In this document: positions 62,064 to 64,000 of the stretch, piece after piece
How the letters are laid out: each line of letters begins with the position of its first letter
How positions within the stretch are numbered: position 1 is the first letter of the stretch
Assembly: GCA_963803805.1 (NCBI GenBank)
Contig: CAWDOD010000002.1
Span: 736,001 to 800,000 of the forward strand
Origin: an uncultured cyanobacterium
GTDB lineage: Bacteria > Cyanobacteriota > Cyanobacteriia > Cyanobacteriales > CAWCAG01
Length of the DNA stretch: 64,000 nt
Reading direction: 5' to 3'
Program-made: the position numbers and the translations under genes
Notes under the pieces: model-generated
The model's input: the letters and a program-made list of their open reading frames with translations, nothing else
Told to the model about the DNA's origin: nothing
Databases searched by the model: none

Positions 62064-62122
62064 TCGATTTGCTTACGGCACATCAAGCAGTCTCAATAAA
62101 GTTAGAACTTATTACATCAGGT

Positions 62123-64000
62123 ATGCAACAGACCCTATCAACAACGGCAACGGCAAATTCCCATAATCGAGCCAACATTCAAGTTATCAGACGAAATGGC
62201 GCGAAAGCGCCTCTCAATGTCTCTAAAATTCGGTCTGTTGTTGACTGGGCTTGTGCAGGAGGTGAAGCTAATCCCATCACCCTAGAAGCAGGATTAAAAA
62301 CCCGCCTCAGAAATGGTGTCACCACCAGAGAGATCCAAGATAACTTAATTAACTGCGCTTTGGAAATGTGCAGCCCCACTGAACCAGACTGGCGCTATGT
62401 AGCCGGGAGACTCCATATTTGGAGTTTGTGGAAAGATATTTTGGTATCCCGTGGCTATCAGTATGGTCATTATGCCCGAACAGTGGCAGATAAAGTCAAA
62501 AGTAACCAATATGATCGGGCCATTTCTGTTTATAGCGAAGCAGAATTAACAGAGGCAGGGAGTTGGATCAATCCAGATTGGGATACAGATTATGATTATG
62601 CTGGGGCTGTTCTATTAACCAATCGCTATCTCCTTGATGATGAATTACCCCAGGAAGCCCTCTTAACCTGTGCTTTATTGTTGGCATCCACCGAAAGTCC
62701 ACATGAACGCTTAGGCTGGGCTAAGAAGTTTTATGTAGCGATCGCCACTCGAAAAATTTCTTTAGCAACACCGATTTTAGCTAACTTGAGAGTTCCTAAC
62801 GGTTCACTCAGTAGCTGTTTTATTGCCGCAATGGACGACAATTTAGAAAGTATTTTTGAAACTATTACTAATACGGCGAGAATTTCCAAAAACGGCGGTG
62901 GTGTAGGCTGTAACGTCAGTCGTATAAGGGCTACGGGTAGTTGGGTAATGGGCAAAAAGAATGCTTCAGGGGGAGTAATTCCTTGGATTAAGTTGCTCAA
63001 TGATACTGCGATCGCCGTTAACCAAGGAGGGCGTAGGGCTGGGGCTGTTACCGTTAGCTTAGATATCTGGCATCTTGATGTACCAGAATTTTTAGAGATG
63101 CAAACAGAAAATGGTGATCAGCGCCGCAAAGCTTACGATATTTTTCCTCAATTGGTTATTAGCGACGAATTTATGCGTCGGGTGAAGGATAAGCAAGAAT
63201 GGACATTAGTAGATCCTTATGAATTACGTACCAAGTTGGGTATAGAATTAGCTGAACTTTGGGGAGATAAGTTTGAAGCTGCTTACCAAAAAATTGAAGC
63301 TGCTTTAGACAAAGAAATCAAGCTTTATAAAAAAGTTAATGCCCGTGAACTTTTCAAAGGCATCATGAAAGCACAAGTAGAAACGGGAATGCCCTATCTC
63401 TGGTTTAAGGATGCTGCTAACCGTGCTAACCCCAACCAACACGAGGGATATATACCTGGTGGCAATTTGTGCCAGGAAAGCTGGTCAAATGTTAAACCAG
63501 GGGTAGAAGCCCACACTTGCAACCTTTGTAGCATCAACTTAGCTAATACAGAAGAAACTGAGTTACCCAACATTAGCCGCATTGCTGTACGGATGTTGGA
63601 CAATACCATCGATTTAACCTCTCCTCCCTTCCAAGCTAGCCAAACCCACAATGACAAGTATCGTACTATTGGAGTCGGTTGTATGGGCTTAGCGGACTGG
63701 CTAGCCAAGCGCAAGCTATCTTATAGCAGTTTGTCTGAGATAAGTTACCTTTTTGAGGAAGTTGGCTACTATTGCACCTATGCCTCCATGGAATTAGCCC
63801 AAGAAAGAGGGGCTTATCCTGCTTTTGCTGGTAGTGAATGGAGTAAAGGAAAACTTATCGGTGCTAAATCTGTAGACTGGTTTAAAGCTAATGCTAGAGA
63901 TCACGGGCGTTGGGTTGCCCTGGCAGGGGAGATTATTAAACATGGCATTCGCAATTCCCATATTACGGCGATCGCCCCTAACACCTCTTCATCTTTAGTC
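62123..64000 (+). CDS. nrdA: Ribonucleoside-diphosphate reductase large subunit with ATP cone (runs off window); absent from the ORF track
   Basis: IQVIRRNG ATP-cone start; SLATPILAN, LSSCF, NQGGRRAGA, GNLCQE, CNL.SINLA, IGVG.MGLAD, GIRNS..TAIAPN. Confidence 0.9.
   Translation, partial: MQQTLSTTATANSHNRANIQVIRRNGAKAPLNVSKIRSVVDWACAGGEANPITLEAGLKTRLRNGVTTREIQDNLINCALEMCSPTEPDWRYVAGRLHIWSLWKDILVSRGYQYGHYARTVADKVKSNQYDRAISVYSEAELTEAGSWINPDWDTDYDYAGAVLLTNRYLLDDELPQEALLTCALLLASTESPHERLGWAKKFYVAIATRKISLATPILANLRVPNGSLSSCFIAAMDDNLESIFETITNTARISKNGGGVGCNVSRIRATGSWVMGKKNASGGVIPWIKLLNDTAIAVNQGGRRAGAVTVSLDIWHLDVPEFLEMQTENGDQRRKAYDIFPQLVISDEFMRRVKDKQEWTLVDPYELRTKLGIELAELWGDKFEAAYQKIEAALDKEIKLYKKVNARELFKGIMKAQVETGMPYLWFKDAANRANPNQHEGYIPGGNLCQESWSNVKPGVEAHTCNLCSINLANTEETELPNISRIAVRMLDNTIDLTSPPFQASQTHNDKYRTIGVGCMGLADWLAKRKLSYSSLSEISYLFEEVGYYCTYASMELAQERGAYPAFAGSEWSKGKLIGAKSVDWFKANARDHGRWVALAGEIIKHGIRNSHITAIAPNTSSSLV

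Noticed and set aside
62179-63714. Three minus-strand ORFs in the track
   Set aside because: Antisense shadows of the RNR gene, which the track missed because it runs off the window.

Overview
Cyanobacterial chromosomal window: frequent HIP1 octamer GCGATCGC, heptamer STRR repeats, psbK, xisH/xisI and a Uma2 gene. Housekeeping genes (gyrA, leuB, amiC, tgt, cobS, gloA, proS, a 3'-truncated class I ribonucleotide reductase large subunit with tandem NrdR-like boxes) are interspersed with accessory loci. The accessory loci are an hpsA-like plus three pseudopilin cluster (hpsA is broken by a frameshift and stop), an ECF-like sigma/DUF1822 pair, an ammonium transporter-histidine kinase-receiver-adenylate cyclase fusion, three STAND NTPases (NACHT-WD40, HTH-NACHT, trypsin-nSTAND1-WD40/PDZ-TPR with a Trypco1 partner) and an array of small TA/Xis cassettes. 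The most notable signal is missing from the ORF track: a 51-codon ORF (36634-36789) with an RBS and three tandem SVCFP motifs that differ only at synonymous codon positions. It lies directly upstream of a SAM-dependent methyltransferase and is a candidate minimal RiPP-like precursor/modifier system. A PatX-like small protein with an RGDGRR motif is also present. All family assignments come from motif recognition by eye, not database searches.
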